NCBI GenBank assembly: GCA_013239625.1
Contig: MU053369.1
Span: 221,479 to 270,619 of the forward strand
DNA from: Lama guanicoe
Taxonomy: Eukaryota
Reading direction: 5' to 3'
Length of the DNA stretch: 49,141 nucleotides
Under the pieces are notes generated by a model. That model searched no databases, was not told the origin of the DNA, and saw only the letters and a program-made list of their open reading frames with translations. The number at the start of each line of letters is the position of its first letter. Positions within the stretch are counted from its first letter, which is position 1. Of this stretch, positions 13,016 to 27,369 are shown in pieces. A program made the translations under genes and the position numbers.

Positions 13016-15089
13016 CTTGTAAAGAGCAGAGAGCCTTTGGGTAGAGATCAAGGAGAAGCTGCCCAGAGCCCTGCAGACCCCACCAGGGGCAGCCGGAGAC
13101 GCAGGGAGCCTCGGACGGGCTGTGAGGAACATGAACTCAACACTCCCCAGTGATGAAGATGACAAGTGGTGAAGACGGCTGGTTCATGTCGTTGCACAAC
13201 ACTCGCCCTTTTACTGCCAGGGTTTAATTAGGATGGACAAACTGAAGGCAGCACCATGTGCACCGCCCTACCCTAGAACTCACTTGAAGCACCAGGACTG
13301 CACACAGGGGAAACGCTGGCCCTTTCCAACCTAAGGAGAGGGACTATGGGTGAGAAGAGGGTCTCTGTCAATTAACAGTCTCTTTACAAGCCCAGCCTGG
13401 GAAAAGCTCTTTAAAGACACTTCGGGTATCTTCCTTGTGTTTCTGTAATACCTCTAGATTTTGTCATCTTAATCTAGGCATTAGGAATACAGATGTTCTT
13501 GAAATCTGTATTGATTTTCAACAAAGAAAATCCTCAGTTTACTTCTCTGCTAAGAAAATTACTGCACTTTATATTAAAAAGCAGCTTCCTTTCATGAGTT
13601 TCTACCTTCAAACACCTAATTGCACAAGAATCTGTGATGCAGGACATGAAAATCGTGCTGAGCTTTAGCACTTACAGGTGGGCAGGGATGAAACGAATGA
13701 GGACTGACCTCATGAGGCAGGAAGGCTGGGGCTGTCTTATTCCTGCTACAGACGGAAGGGTCCGTATCTGTGAGGGGAAGGAAGGACCAAGGATGAGAAA
13801 CCAATGTTTTCTAACCCATTTCTATTTTTCAGAGTCCCAGACAAAACAGTGCAGTTCTGTCAACAAAAACAAGTACGTCCGCACTCTTCTAAAAGCACGC
13901 TACAACTTTACTACTACACACGGCACTCTGTCACTGACCTAAAGGTTGATGACAGCCAAGAAATTTGCAGGGCTCTTATTCTGTGCTCACCCCTTTTTGT
14001 CTTTGGAGCCTCAGGCAATTTGCCTCCTCTCCCTGAGTGTTATTTTCCTCATCCTTCAAATGGGAGTGTAACAGCCATTCATTTGCTCAGGGTCTGTTCA
14101 GCAACAGGAGACGGCTTATGAAAACAAAAAAAGAAAAACAGCAATTCTGGTCTGTGCTCTCTTCCTCCTCCTCCCTGAACTTGGACATACAGGGTAAAAC
14201 GGCATCTTTCACTAAATCCCGAACTTAAGAAGCAGTTCTGATAAGGAAGTCACAGGACTGCTGTGTAAGTGAGAAATGACCTGGTGAAAGAGAATGAGTT
14301 GCCAGCAAATCCTCAATACCCGTAAGGGTGCAGACCCTGGGAGCTACAGGCATGGGTGGGAGTTCCTTAGTTCCCCATTTCACAAAGCTGAGTATGTTGC
14401 AGGGTCCATGAAAGACACAGATAGCCCAGTACAACCACACCATGTTTTGGAGTACACCGGGGCCACATCGCTGCTGCCCTGTACTGCTGTGTGTCCCAGA
14501 GCAAGAGCCCTGGGCGGGGGTGACTGTGAGGCTGGACAAGAACTTTCTGTTCTGTCCCTTTTGCTCTCTCTCTTCCTGCAATAAAACAACTGGTAGGACT
14601 CCGGTGGGGAGCACTGCACCCACATACTCTGGCAAACCACACACCGGGCAGCTCTAGCTGATCTGAGAGAAAGAGGATGCTTCTATGAACATATACACCA
14701 AAGGCAGGCAGAAGGCTGCCTGTGACCTTGGGAACCCAAACCTGCTTGTCCTCTTAATCAGGATATTTGACATGTAAAGAAAGTACGCACCAGATGAAGA
14801 CAACGCCTACGGACAGTGTTGGTGGTTATGTCCAGCAGTGTCTATGGACAAGGCATGCTCTGGTAGATGGGAGCATTCTGGTTGCCTTAAGAGTTTGGTG
14901 CTGAAGGGCTGGGACATTTCATTGGGCCTTGAAACTCCAGACCTCTTTACTCACAAAGGCAGACAAGGTAGGTGAGCCAGCTCAGCCTTTATTCCAGCTT
15001 CCTAACCAAAAGGCTATGAGGTTGAAAATACATTTCTCAGACTCTCCTGCAGCAAGGGTTTCAGACATGGCTTTAAAAATGCCCATCAG

Positions 15090-15331
15090 AGTTTGAGATT
15101 TGCAAATATTAACTACTATATATAAAAATAGCTAAAAAACTAAATTTCTTCTATATAGAACAGGGAAATATATTTAATATCTTGTAATAACATTTAATGA
15201 AAAAGAATATGAAAATGAAGTCATACATATATACATGTATATGTATGAATGGAACATTGTGCTGTACTTCAGAAATTGACACATTGTAACTGACTATACT
15301 TCAGTTAATAAAAGAAGAAAATACATTTTTT
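15090..15331 (+). mobile_element. 5'-truncated lineage-specific L1 (3' UTR only) with a 15-bp TSD, inserted in an old ERVL LTR-like fragment
   Basis: TSD aaaaatgcccatcag at 15075-15089 and 15332-15346. Body is homologous to 42762-42878. Confidence 0.88.
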
Positions 15332-16689
15332 AAAAATGCCCATCAGCAGCTTCTGAGTGCCATTGAAAGCAGAAATCCAGATGAATGGAGGCAGAGGTGA
15401 TTGGAGGAGCTACGTTATTTTGCTGGGGTGGATGCAGCCAGCATGGCAGAGATATAGAAGGAATAGTCACAACAGCCACTCACTGATCTGCAAGTCAGTT
15501 AGGGTAACAGCTTCCTGAAATCCTCCCCGCCCCTCCTGATGAGCCAGGTGTCTGGCGTTTCTCTGGAAATCACTAGGCCCAGCCTGGAACTCAAAGGTAA
15601 AAATTAAAAACTGCAGTCAGGCAGCAAATATGCTGGCAGGATGCACTGGACAGAAGTAGGTCAGAAACAACAAGGAATGGGGAGGGGAGAGAACGTGTGC
15701 TGAGAACCCTGACTTCAGCGGTGGGTTGTCGGTGTTGAGGGCTCTGGGTCAGTATGAGTAGATGGACTGGTGTGGACTAAAAGATCAGTGTGTTATTTGA
15801 ACTATATTTATTAGAAGAGGTTTTTTTTCCCTTCAACATTGATCATTTCTAGGGAGCAGAAAAATACTCTGCCACATAACATCTAAGTGCAAAAAACATG
15901 CTACGGGATGATGGTGGTAAGAAAAATTTCAGTTCTGCAGTTCCAGGCTTTCCTTAATGAGGTTCACAGCAGTAGTTCTCATAAGGCAGAGGTAACAAGA
16001 AAAGCTATATAAGGTACTTAAAATAAAGCCGTCATCATATGTACATATCCTTAAAGATACACATATGGTGCTATGAGCGGTGCTGAAATGTGTGCTGCAT
16101 TCTAAAACCTGATGAAATAAAATCAGTAGCTCAAGATGCCTGTCAGCTCTATAAACATGATGTAGCTAATGATCACAGAAAGCAAGATCAGCTAGGAAAT
16201 CTGAGCTCTGTCTTTTCCAGTGTCAAATTGAATATTTTTTGCTTTACTTAAAATGTATTTTTTTAATTAGGACTGTCAGCATCCATTGGTATATGGGGAT
16301 CAGTAGATGTGTTCAGATGTTCTAGACAGTGAATCAGAGCAAAGACTGAGGTTTAGACAGTAGTTAAATGTCTCACCCATGTGAACGGCAGCCACATACT
16401 GATATACTGAAAATCCTTTAAAGTGAGAACTTCATTAGAGCAATGAACAGGGGAAAAAAATAGCCACAGACTAGTGGAAGTTTTTTAACATGTAAAAATG
16501 ACAAAGGACTCTTCACAAGCGTATTTTTAAAAACGCCTACAAATTAATAAGAAAAACAACAAACTGACAACAGGTTGCACACTGCTCCCTGTAGGAGAAG
16601 CCATGCAGATGGACTCTTATGTGAATGGGGCTGGAGCTGTAGAATTAGTTAGTCTTGCAAGTAACTCAGTTAAAAACAAATGCACATGG

Positions 16690-18937
16690 GATATACTTCT
16701 AGAATATCTGAGTAAACATCTTGGAGAACTTGCTCCTCTATAAAGCAATGACACTGGCAAATCTGTCAAAATTAACCTCTGCAGAACTCTGGAAATTAAA
16801 CAAAGGCTTCCAGCAATCCGGGGAGTGTTTATTTGAGAAATAACAGCTAAATCTCCATAAATATAGTGAGCTTTGTGGCATTATAACTTGATCTACCCCC
16901 ATCCCCATAACCTCACCTAAATGGTGTCCTTTAAAAGCAACAGTCTCACAATCAAGGTAGGGGCAGAAGTGGTTTGCAGTTACCCAAAAAACCCACCCCC
17001 AGAGACCTGTCACTCTTTGACCTATCTCAAACTCAGGCTGTGCAAACAGCCTATCCCAGAGTGCTTGTGGAAAACAATCAGCAGTAATTATTTAACATTA
17101 CAACTGCCTGAGGCAGTGGTACCAGTAGAGACTAACTAGATGCTGACTAAAAAACTTAGAAGGCAAAACTGAGTAATGAGACATTCTGGAGGTGGAGGTA
17201 GGGTTAAAAAGCTCCAAAATATTCTGAGAACTGTAGGAGACCATACACATGTGTGGCACATGGCAAGGAAAGATCTGAGAAAAGCCTTAAAGTTCTGCAT
17301 AATCAAGAAGTAAAGGCTATGAAGAGCTGCAGACTGCCTGCCGGTGCTGAGGGCATCCCTCAGCACGCAGACACACAGCCACCTGGCAACAGCTCATAAA
17401 ATGATTGGCTCCAGGCACTGAAAGAAATCACTGTCCAATCATAATCACAGAGATGATAACTAGGCTTTCTGCACACATAGAGATCTCATGGCCATGCATG
17501 ATAAAGAATACAGATGTTACAGAATTTGTTCAGGAAAGTAAATAAATAGCAGCAGCAGCAGCAGCAATGACAACAGAAGCAGCAACAAACCCTGGAGATG
17601 AGGAAAATCTGGCTTTCAGCTCTGCCACACTGTAATATTTTAAATGCCAAGTTTTCAACAGAAAATTACAAGATATATAAAGAAACAGAAAAGTTTGGCC
17701 ATAACACAGGGGAAAAAGTAGTCAATAGAAACTCCCTGAGGAACCCCAGAAACTGGGCTTACTAGACAAAGACAAATAAGCAATTACACATATGTTCAAA
17801 GAGCTAACAGAAACCATGTCTAAAGGATTAAAGTATGTGAACATCTCATTGTACAGAGAATATCAATAGATAAAGTTTATATAAAAAACCAACTAGAAAT
17901 TCTAGAGATACAAATATGATAACTAAAATGAAAAATTCACTAAAGAGGTTTCTCTGTTGATATGAACTGGTTGAAGAAAAAGTCAGCTAACTTAAAACTA
18001 ATGAGATTATCCAGTCTGTGGAACAGAAAGAAAAAGGAATGAAAAAAAAATCAACACAGTGTCATAGAGATGGGTGGGACATCATCAACAATACCAATAC
18101 ACACACAATGGGAGTGCCAGAAGGAAGGAGAGAACAAAAGGGGCAGAAAGAATATATAAAGAAATAATGGCTGAAAACTTCCCAAATTTGATGAAAACAT
18201 TAATTTGTACCTCCCAGCAGCTCAACAAACTCCATGTGGTGTAAACACATAGACATCTAGAATAGGCACATCAGACTCAGTGTGTCAAAGACAAGAACAA
18301 AGAACCCTGACAGCAGGAAGAGAAAAGTGGCTCAACATATACAAAGGCTTTTCAGTAAGACAAACAGCTGATTTCTGGTCAAAAACCATGGAGACCAGAA
18401 GGCAGTGGGATGGTATCGTCAAAGTGATAAAAGGAAAAGACGGTCACCCCATATTCTATATCCAGCAAAATGGTTCTTCAAAAAAACCAAAGGAGAAATT
18501 AAGACACTCCTACAAAAACAAAATCTGAAAGAACCCATTGCTAGCAGGCCTGCCCTACAAGAAATACTAAGGATAGTCCAGCAGGTGTAGGTGAAAGGCC
18601 ACTCACCTGAGAAAATAAAGAGTGCTAGTAGCGGTAACTACATGAGTAAAAATATAAAACAGTATAAATAGAATATTACATGTAAGTGTTTTCTTCTATT
18701 TGATGTACAAGACAACTGCATAAAACAATACTTATGAAACTGTGTAGATGGGCTTATAAATGCATAAAGGTGTAATTTGTATGACAGTGACAGCATGAAG
18801 AGGGGGAGGGAAAAGATTGATACCAAAGCAAAGTTTTTGTGTACTGTTGAAATTAAGTTGGCATTCATGTGAACTAGATTGCTTTAAAATAAGATGTTAA
18901 TTATAATCTCCAGGGCAACTACTTAAGAAAACACACA

Positions 18938-18973
<36 letters not shown>

Positions 18974-21915
18974 AGAAGAAGAAGAAAAAGGTAAAATAAG
19001 CAACAAATTAAAATGGCACACTAGAAAATACCTACTTTGTACAAAAAAAAAAGTAGTACTAGAGGAATGGGAATTAAAAAGACATACAGAAAGCAGATAG
19101 CAGATGTAACTTCAACCTGATAAGAAATTACATTAATGTAAATGAATTGAACATTCCAATCAAAATACAAAAGGCAGAAATAAATGGAATAGAGAATAGA
19201 TGATCAACAGAGAAAAATCAACAAAAAGAAAAGTTGGTTCTTTGAAAAGATCAACAAAATTGACAAATTTTTAGCTAGTATTGAAGAAAAAAAGAGAGAA
19301 GATTCAAATTACTAAAATCAGAAATGAAAGGAAGGATGTCACTACTGCCCTTACAAAAATAACAAGGAATATAAGGGAATACCATGGATAATTATATAGC
19401 CAATAAATGAGATAATCTAGATGAAATGGATAAATTCCTAGAAGGACATAAATGACTGAAGCTAATTCAAGGAGAAATAGAAAATAGTCCTACAATAAGT
19501 AGTGACTGAAATAGTAATCCAAAATGTTCCCACAGGGAAATGCTAGGCCCGTATGGCTTTGCCGGTGAATTCCATCAACTACTTCAAGGAAAAAAAAAAA
19601 AGCTTCACGAACTCATCTAGAAATAAAGAGGTGGGCACAATTCCCAATTCATTCTATGAGACCAGGATTACACTGATACCAAAACCAGACAAAGGCATCA
19701 TAAGAAAACTACAGACTATCTCTTATGAATATAAATGCAAAAATCCTCAACAGAATACAAGCAAATCCAATCCAGTAACACGTAAAACAGACCACAATCA
19801 AGTGGGATGTATCCAGGTATGCAAAGGCAGTTCAACATACAAAAATCAATTCATACAATACGCCATATTAATAGAATAATGAATAAAAACTAGGAATAGA
19901 AGAGAACTTGCTCAACTTGACAAAGAACATCTATGAAAAACCTAGAGCAAAGATCACACTTAATGGTTAAAGACTGAATTCTTTCCTCCCAAGATCAACA
20001 TTGTACTAGAGGTTCTAGTCAAGGCAACCTAAGAAAATAAAGCCTCTAGATTAGAAAGAAAGAAATAAAACTATTTCTATTCCAGATGACATGATATTGT
20101 ATATTGAAATCACAAGGAATCCACCAAAAAAAAAAACCTACTAGAATTAATAAGCCAGTCCAACCAAAGTTGTAAGACACAAATCAATATATAAAAAAGT
20201 AATTATATTTCTATACAACAGCAGTGAATAATCTAAAAATAAAATGAGTGAAACTTCTATACTGAAAACTATAAAATACTACTGATAGAAGTTAAAAATG
20301 ACCTAAAATAAATGGAAAGCTCTTCTGTGTCCAAGGATCAAAAGCCTTATTACTGTTAGGATGGCAATCATCCTCAAAATGACCTATAGATTCAAAGCAA
20401 CTCTGGCTTTTTTGCAGAAATGAACAAGCTGATCCTAAAATTAATAAGGAAATGCAAGATACCCAGAATAGTCAAAGCAATCTTGAAAAAGAACAAAGTT
20501 TTGAAGTTTCCAAATTCAAAACTCACTAACAAAACTGCAATCCACACAGTGTGGTACTTGCATAAAGGACAGACAAACAGATTGAGAGAAAAGAACTGAG
20601 AGTCCATAAACAAACTCTTACACGTAGCCAGTTAATTTTTGACAAAGGTGCCAAGACAATCTAATGGGGAAAAAATAATCTTTACAAAAATGATGCTGGG
20701 ACACCTGAACATACACCTGGAAAGAAAGAAAACTGAACCTTTATCTTACACCATTTACGAAAATTAACAAAATAAATCACAGACCTGAAACTATAAACCT
20801 TTTAGAAAATGAACACTGAGAAAATCTTCAGGACTTTGTATTACAAATGCTTCTAAGATATGACACCAAAAGCACAAACAACAAAAGAAAAAAAAATCAA
20901 GTAAACTGGAATTCAGTAAAATTGAAAACTTCCGTGCTTCAAAGGACATCATCAAGAAAGTAAGAAGACAATCCACAGAATGGGCAGAAATATTTCCAAT
21001 ATTTTCCCTGATAAGGGGCTTTTATCCAGAATACACAAAGAACACTTAAAACGTGACAATAGAAAGACAAATACAATTAAAATGGGCAAAGAATTTGAAT
21101 AGCTGTTTCCCCAAAGAAGACATATGAATGGCAAACAAGCCCATGAAAAGATGCTCAACATCAGTAGGCATTAGGGAAACAGAAATCAAAAGCACAATGA
21201 CATGCCAGCTTCATACCAACTAGGATGACAAATATATATATGAATATATAAATATGTATCTATAAACCCGGTAATAACAAGTGTTGATGAGGATGTGGAG
21301 AAACTTGACTCCTCATACATTACTACTGGAAATGTAAAATGTACAGTCACTTTAAAAGATACTTTAGCAATTCCTCAAAATGTTAAAAGTAGAATATATC
21401 CCAGCAATTCCATTTTTTGATATAATCTCAAGGAAATGGAAAATATCTGTTTGCACAAAAATGTGCCCATGAGCATTTGTAGCAGAATTAGTCCTCATAG
21501 CTAAAAAGTGGGAACAATCCAAATGTCAATTGATGGATGGATAAGCAATGTGGTGTATTTATAACAATGGCATATTATTTGAACACAAAAAGGAACGGGG
21601 TACTGATATATGCTACACCATGGATGAGCCTTGACAACATCACACCAAATGAAAGACGACAATGACAAAAGGCCACATACTGTACAGTTCTACTCATAAG
21701 AAATGCCCAGAGCAGGCAAATCTGTAGAGGCAGAAAGCAGAGTGGCAGCTGCCAGGGGCTAAGGGAAAGGAAGGTTAGGGAGTGACTTACTAAAGGGTAC
21801 TGGTTCCTTTTGGGGGTGATGGCTGCACAAACCTGGAATGTACTTAAAATCCCTAATGTACACTTTCAAAGGCTGCATTTTATGGTATGTGAATTATATC
21901 ACCATAAAGCTGTTA
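16690..21915 (+). mobile_element. Old L1 (L1MB-like), near full span with internal deletions
   Basis: ORF1 remnants (18280-18590), ORF2 RT remnants (IPNSFYETRITLIPKPDK at about 19640) and an L1MB-type 3' end ttttatggtatgtgaattatatcaccataaagctgtt. Confidence 0.9.
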
Positions 21916-22276
21916 TTCTTGAAGGATGCATAAGCTTTAAACAGGCCTTTTATAAAAGAGGAAATACCTCTGGTATCCTCTGCTTATGCAAACATATTTT
22001 CAAAAGCATACACAAAGTTAGTCATATTCTGTAGGGATACAAGTATATGTGAAAAAAATACAGTGAATGTTAAGGAATGATAAAAATCAGTATTTAGTGT
22101 AGTGGTTACTTCCGGAGTGGAAAGTGAGGGGATGAAACTGAACAAAGCACTTCGTGGGTAACAGTTATGTTCTTTTTCTTAAACTGGGAGATGGATCATT
22201 ATTCCTTATAGCTTAAATACATTTTCTACTCTTGTGAATCTACTCAGTATGGAGTAAAATTAACTGAAAATATTTA

Positions 22277-22357
22277 GGGGGTAGAGCTCAGCAGTAGAGT
22301 GTACACTTAGCATGCACAAGGTCCTGGGTTCAATCCCCAGTACCTCCATGAAAAAAA
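22277..22357 (+). mobile_element. vic-1-type SINE, short form
   Basis: gagctcagcagtagagtgtacacttagcatgcacaaggtcctgggttcaatccccagtacctcc. Confidence 0.88.
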
Positions 22358-23686
22358 GATGGAAAAAGTATTTAAAATGCATATATTTTAAATATGTCAA
22401 TATTATTTAAATATTAAATAAACAGAGCCCACATAATTTTGAGCACAGGGAGATTATCCCCAAGAAACCCCCTACCTCTGCCCTCTACATTTTCTGTAAA
22501 TTAATCTGTGTCAAAGAGTAGGACATTTGTGGTGTGACTGTCATTTCCTAAAATGAATTATGAGAACAACTACCATGCAAGAACCTTATAAAACTACTAC
22601 ATTTTCACTTTGCCACTGTATTTGAGGTGCCTTTTTCTGGTTGGAGCAATATGCAAAACAATGGAGAAGCCAAAGACAAATTTAGACAAAGACATCAACA
22701 TTCAGCCTTTGGCCCTAAACTCTTTTTTGGTGAAGAGAGGCGAGTACTTCCAAGATCATCTGCAGCATTCTAGCTAAGAAGCCATGCTGGGCACACACCC
22801 TCAAAAACCTGTTAAACAGAATGGATAATGATGCCTATACATCAGAGCTGCCATGTACGCTTCTGCCTGTGGAGCCAGGCCGATAGGCTCAGGGCTAGGG
22901 AAATCTGCTCAGCAGCTCATCGCTGGTGCCCAGAAATGTGGATCCGGCCATCACACCTGGACAGAGGCCAGATGAACAAGAGGAAATGCCTGGTTCGGTG
23001 CTGCACCCCTCTGGAGGTTGGGACCACCAAAAGCAAAGGACTAATCACACAATTCAGAGCAGTGGTGGTGAAATTCAGGGTTCTGGCACACACGTATTTC
23101 CCTTCAGACAGTGCAGCTGGTGTTTTAATTCTGACATCAAGCACAAACTAATTCTTAATCACTTTTTTGCCTTCCTAACACTGTAACGGCTGCTTTTTTT
23201 TTTAAAGAAAAACAGTAACAAACTACTGTTCATTTGAGTTTTTGAACATGTATTTCCCATATATATTAAGAAGTCATTTCTAAACACAGAAAAGCACCAG
23301 TTTTACCAGTTTTGCCATTGAAACCCTGAAGAAATCAGGGCTGCTCTTGGCCCACATCTGTAGGGCTGAGTGAAGCATTCCTCTGGGGGCCACAAGTTCA
23401 AGGATAAGCCTCCCTTGAGACCTCCTTTCTTTTTCAAACAAAGCCTTGTCTTAAGATAGTAGAGTGTTTCCTAAGGGTAATATTCCTGTCAGAGGCTGGG
23501 CTGCATTATCTAAGAAAAATTTTTTTCCATTTCACTTAGTTATTATCCTCAGGACAAAAGGGATGTATCATCCAAAGCAGAAAGTGCTCCACAATGAGTC
23601 TTTTACTAAACCAGTCGGAGATCCTGAAAATCACTTTATGTCTAATCAATTTTACAGCACGTTAACAAGGAATAAAGAGAAGTTAC

Positions 23687-23821
23687 CTCCAGGTACAGTT
23701 ATTTTGATTAAAATATCCATAGAGAAAGCAAGCCACCCCCACGACTGCTGCCGGGAGGAGCGTCTGAGTGTAATAGCCCAGCCAAGCAAAGTAGATCCCG
23801 ACCTTCTTTCCGTAGAATTTC
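23687..23821 (-). pseudogene. ANO6: ANO6 exon 8 equivalent (135 nt, frame open, first TM segment)
   Basis: tttctgcag|GAAATT...TGGAG|gtaact. Reads KFYGKKVGIYFAWLGYYTQTLLPAAVVGVACFLYGYFNQNNCTW. Confidence 0.95.
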
Positions 23822-23890
23822 CTGCAGAAAGACAGAAGCTAGTTTCAGAAGACACATATCACTCTGTATCTTCATCCTCATATTAGTTTC

Positions 23891-24036
23891 TTTCTTTTTA
23901 AAAAATTTTTTTGTTTTTTGTTTTTGGAGGGGGCATAATAAGGTTTATTTGTTTTTTAAATGGAGGCATTGGGGATTGAACCCAGGACCTCATGCATGCT
24001 AGACATGCACTCTACCACTGAGCTATACCCTCCCTC
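23891..24036 (-). mobile_element. vic-1-type SINE, long form
   Basis: ggggattgaacccaggacctcatgcatgctagacatgcactctaccactgagctataccc; TSD catattagtttct / catattaatttct. Confidence 0.9.
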
Positions 24037-26306
24037 CATCATATTAATTTCTGATTCTAAATCAAGGGGGCTTTAAGTTTAAACCTCTGACTCAATTCAC
24101 ACTTAAAACACATGTGTTCTCATAGCAGCCCCCAAATTCTACCGTGAAATAAGAAGTATTTTACATATCATAGAAGTACAGATCACTGGTTCACCTGCTG
24201 AAGAGAGATAAATGAGAACGGAGCAAAGGAGGGGACGAGGCCGACTCCGGAGCAGATGCAGGGGATCATCACCACTCACTGGACAGTCTGGCACATTCAA
24301 CAAATCCCACCAAAGACATTCTTAACAGGCTTGACACAAGTGGACATCAACAAGTGGCTCAGTCATCTGCTCCTGCCTCATCTCGGGAACTTCCCAGGAG
24401 CAAATGCATCGTAAACCACAGATAAGGAAATGGCTGATAATGATAACAACTGGGAGTGCAGTGTCTCTCTGACAAAATATTTATAAAACTCATTGTGGGA
24501 ATGGGAAAGGGCAGGAGGGATGTGGCTGAGGAAGGCACTGCCCTGTATTCTTGTATCTAGCACGTCTGTTGTTCCTAGGTTTTAAAAACTCTTCAAAGTT
24601 TCTCAGTTAATCTGGAGTAGATGGAACAGGCCAGGGAGGCAAGATTAGAAGAAAGGAGGCAGGGCATGAAGCGGTGCCAGGCTGGTCCTGAAAGGGAGAC
24701 AGACACAGACAGGCAGACACAGAGGGTTTAGGAATGAGGAGGAACAATGAGATGGCAGCTCAGGTGTGTCTTGCTGTTGCTGATCCTTCCCTCAACTGGC
24801 TCACTGCTGACTCGGCAGTGCTGGGTAAAACCTGTGGATTTCCTCAGCTCTGAGTTCTCTCTGAGGCTTCCGGCTCAGTCTGGAGCTGAGATGAGTTCCG
24901 TGGGCTTAGCCTAGGGGGGACTCAGTTCTGAGAACAGCCTGCAGTCCTGGGAAACTTCACACAGGAACCCCCTTGGGCTGGACCAGCGCTCACAGGGCTG
25001 CTGTGAGACCAGCTCCATCGTCAGAGACCTGGGCGTGGACCATTCCATGGGGAAAAGGGCTGATCCCGATGCCAAATCAGATGGGAGCGACAAAGTGTGT
25101 TCATTCTCATGTGACTGTGTTTTGTGGCCTGGCTCACAATGGCAGGCTCAGGATGGTGTCTGGCAGAGAAAACCCTGGCAATGGGTTTGAGGTGTCTTGG
25201 ACTCTTTCTTGTTGAGCTTTTTGTAATACATTCTTATCAACTATCCGCCCTGGAAATGCCACATCAAAACTGAAAGAATTTTGGAAGTTGCCTGCTCCAA
25301 CTGGCCAATGGTAAACACACCCTGCTACAGTTAGAGAGCTGATCAGGCAGCCTCTGCCTGGATGTTTACAGTGACGGGGAGTTCATTACTTCCAAAGGTT
25401 ACATGTCGGCAAGAATATCAGAAAGAATTTTTGAACCTTAATCAGACGCCTGCCTCCTAGTCCTTGATGAAAACCTGGGAATAATGAGGATCCCTTCAAA
25501 TGTAGTTTTGTCTGATCATTCTCTGTCAAAAACACCCCAATTCTTAGCACCAATTTTTCAAAATCCAGCTTTGATTTCTTTTTATCAAAGTTATACCACA
25601 CATTCATTAAAGAGTCAAACAGTTCTCGAGCACCGATTGTAAAAAGGAGCAGTTCCCAACAACCGCCCCATTTCCTGGCCAGAAGCAACCACGTTCAGCT
25701 CCTACTGCTGACTCCTGGAATAATTACTCCCTATCTCTGACTAATATCCTTGTAACACAGCCTACAGACTTTTTCAGCTTTATGTATCACCTATTTAACT
25801 TTCTATTTTGGAAAATGAGGATTCAGCTCTCTTTCAAACCCCATCTCATCTACACACCCAAACCCCCATTCTTTCATCCTCTTGACACAATCACATTATA
25901 ATTTTGATCAGCTCAGAATCCTTGCTTTACATTATTAGGACTCCGTACACTGTTCACAGCTGTAGCAAGTTGTCTGCTAGGCTTATTTTTTTCTTCAGAT
26001 CTCCTTCAACCTCGATTAACGACACGCTAGTCTTATCACAGAGCTCAAGGGGCCACTAGTGGGAAGCAACAAAGGGAACATGTGAACCAGGAGCAGGGAG
26101 TAGCTCAACATATTTTCCTTAGCAAAACATACTTAAAATACTGGGAAAACTGTTTTCTTTACAAACACACACACACACACACAAAACCCCCAAAAGCCCA
26201 TAAAGAATGATGAAAGAGCCATCAAACCCATCACCCTGCCATCAAATACTGTACAACAAAAAACAAAAATAACAGAAGGGAAACATCATATAAATATGAA
26301 CCTCAA

Positions 26307-26416
26307 GGGGGATGGGGTACACTCAGTGGCAGAGTGAGTGCTCAGCATGCATGAGGTCCTAGGTTCAATCTCAAGTTCCTCCATTAGAGAAAAAACATTT
26401 AAAAAAAAAAGAAAAG
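26307..26416 (+). mobile_element. vic-1-type SINE (diverged)
   Basis: actcagtggcagagtgagtgctcagcatgcatgaggtcctaggttcaatc followed by an A tail. Confidence 0.85.
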
Positions 26417-26479
26417 TATCGACTTTAAATATTTACATATGTACAAACACCCTCTTTTAAAACTGTTCTACAAGATAAC

Positions 26480-27255
26480 CCGGGTTAATGACAAAGTGCC
26501 TCTTCATGACTGTGATCCTGCTGATAATTGAGGGAGGAAATTAGAGTATGACCACATGAAATAAAATCCCTTATGAAATAATGATCCTAGGCAACAATCA
26601 TTGCTGGCTGCTGTCATCACAAAAAAGAGAGACAACTGGACATTATGTACCTTGTGACAGGAGTACAAAACTCCACGTGACGAGTATTCTTGCACAAAGT
26701 TGAACCTCAATCAGATCAAGCTTTGAAGGGAGGATCAAATCACTTAGCTAAAGCAAATACATAGGATTGGAGAAACAAGTCTAACACCACAGGGGAGAAT
26801 GAAATCAGCCAAACAAGAAATAGAGAGACCCCTCAGCAATTTCAAGGAAAACGAGAAACAGGAAAAGTATAGATTAGAACCCACTTGAGAGATATGTTAG
26901 CTGCAATGTCTGAACCTAGTCTGGATCCTGATTTCAACCCCAAAACTACTTAAAAGTGTATTTTTGTGACAATCAGTAAATTATTTTGTAACCCTAAAAA
27001 AAAAGGAATATTCCAATTGTATTTGAAAGAGATCTTGTCATTTCACTAATGAAAGGTTAAGCTATGTAGGATTGTCTTCAAAATGATCCCGTAGTGGGGG
27101 AGGGGAGGAGGTGGGGATGAAAGATGCAACAACAGTGACTCTGAGTTTACAATTCTGGAGCTGGGTGACTGATACAGGCAGGCTGGCTCTGCTGTTCTCT
27201 CTACTTTTGTACATGTTTGAAACTTTCCATAAGATGTGAAACAAAAACATTTCAC
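26480..27255 (+). mobile_element. L1MC/L1ME 3'-end fragment
   Basis: tgttctctctacttttgtacatgtttgaaactttccataa is a typical L1MC 3' end. Confidence 0.6.
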
Positions 27256-27369
27256 AGTGTTTTAAAACCCTCATTTTGAAGGTTAAGAGGTTTGCCCAAG
27301 TAGGTGGGCACCTGCATGGGGAACTGAGATGAGAAAGAATGGGCACCTGGCCCCAGGCCGACCTGAGGC

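Noticed and set aside
18937..18990. Long poly(A) plus (GAA)n as a retrocopy tail
   Set aside because: It lies in the A-rich inter-ORF region of the old L1, with no upstream mRNA-like body or TSD.
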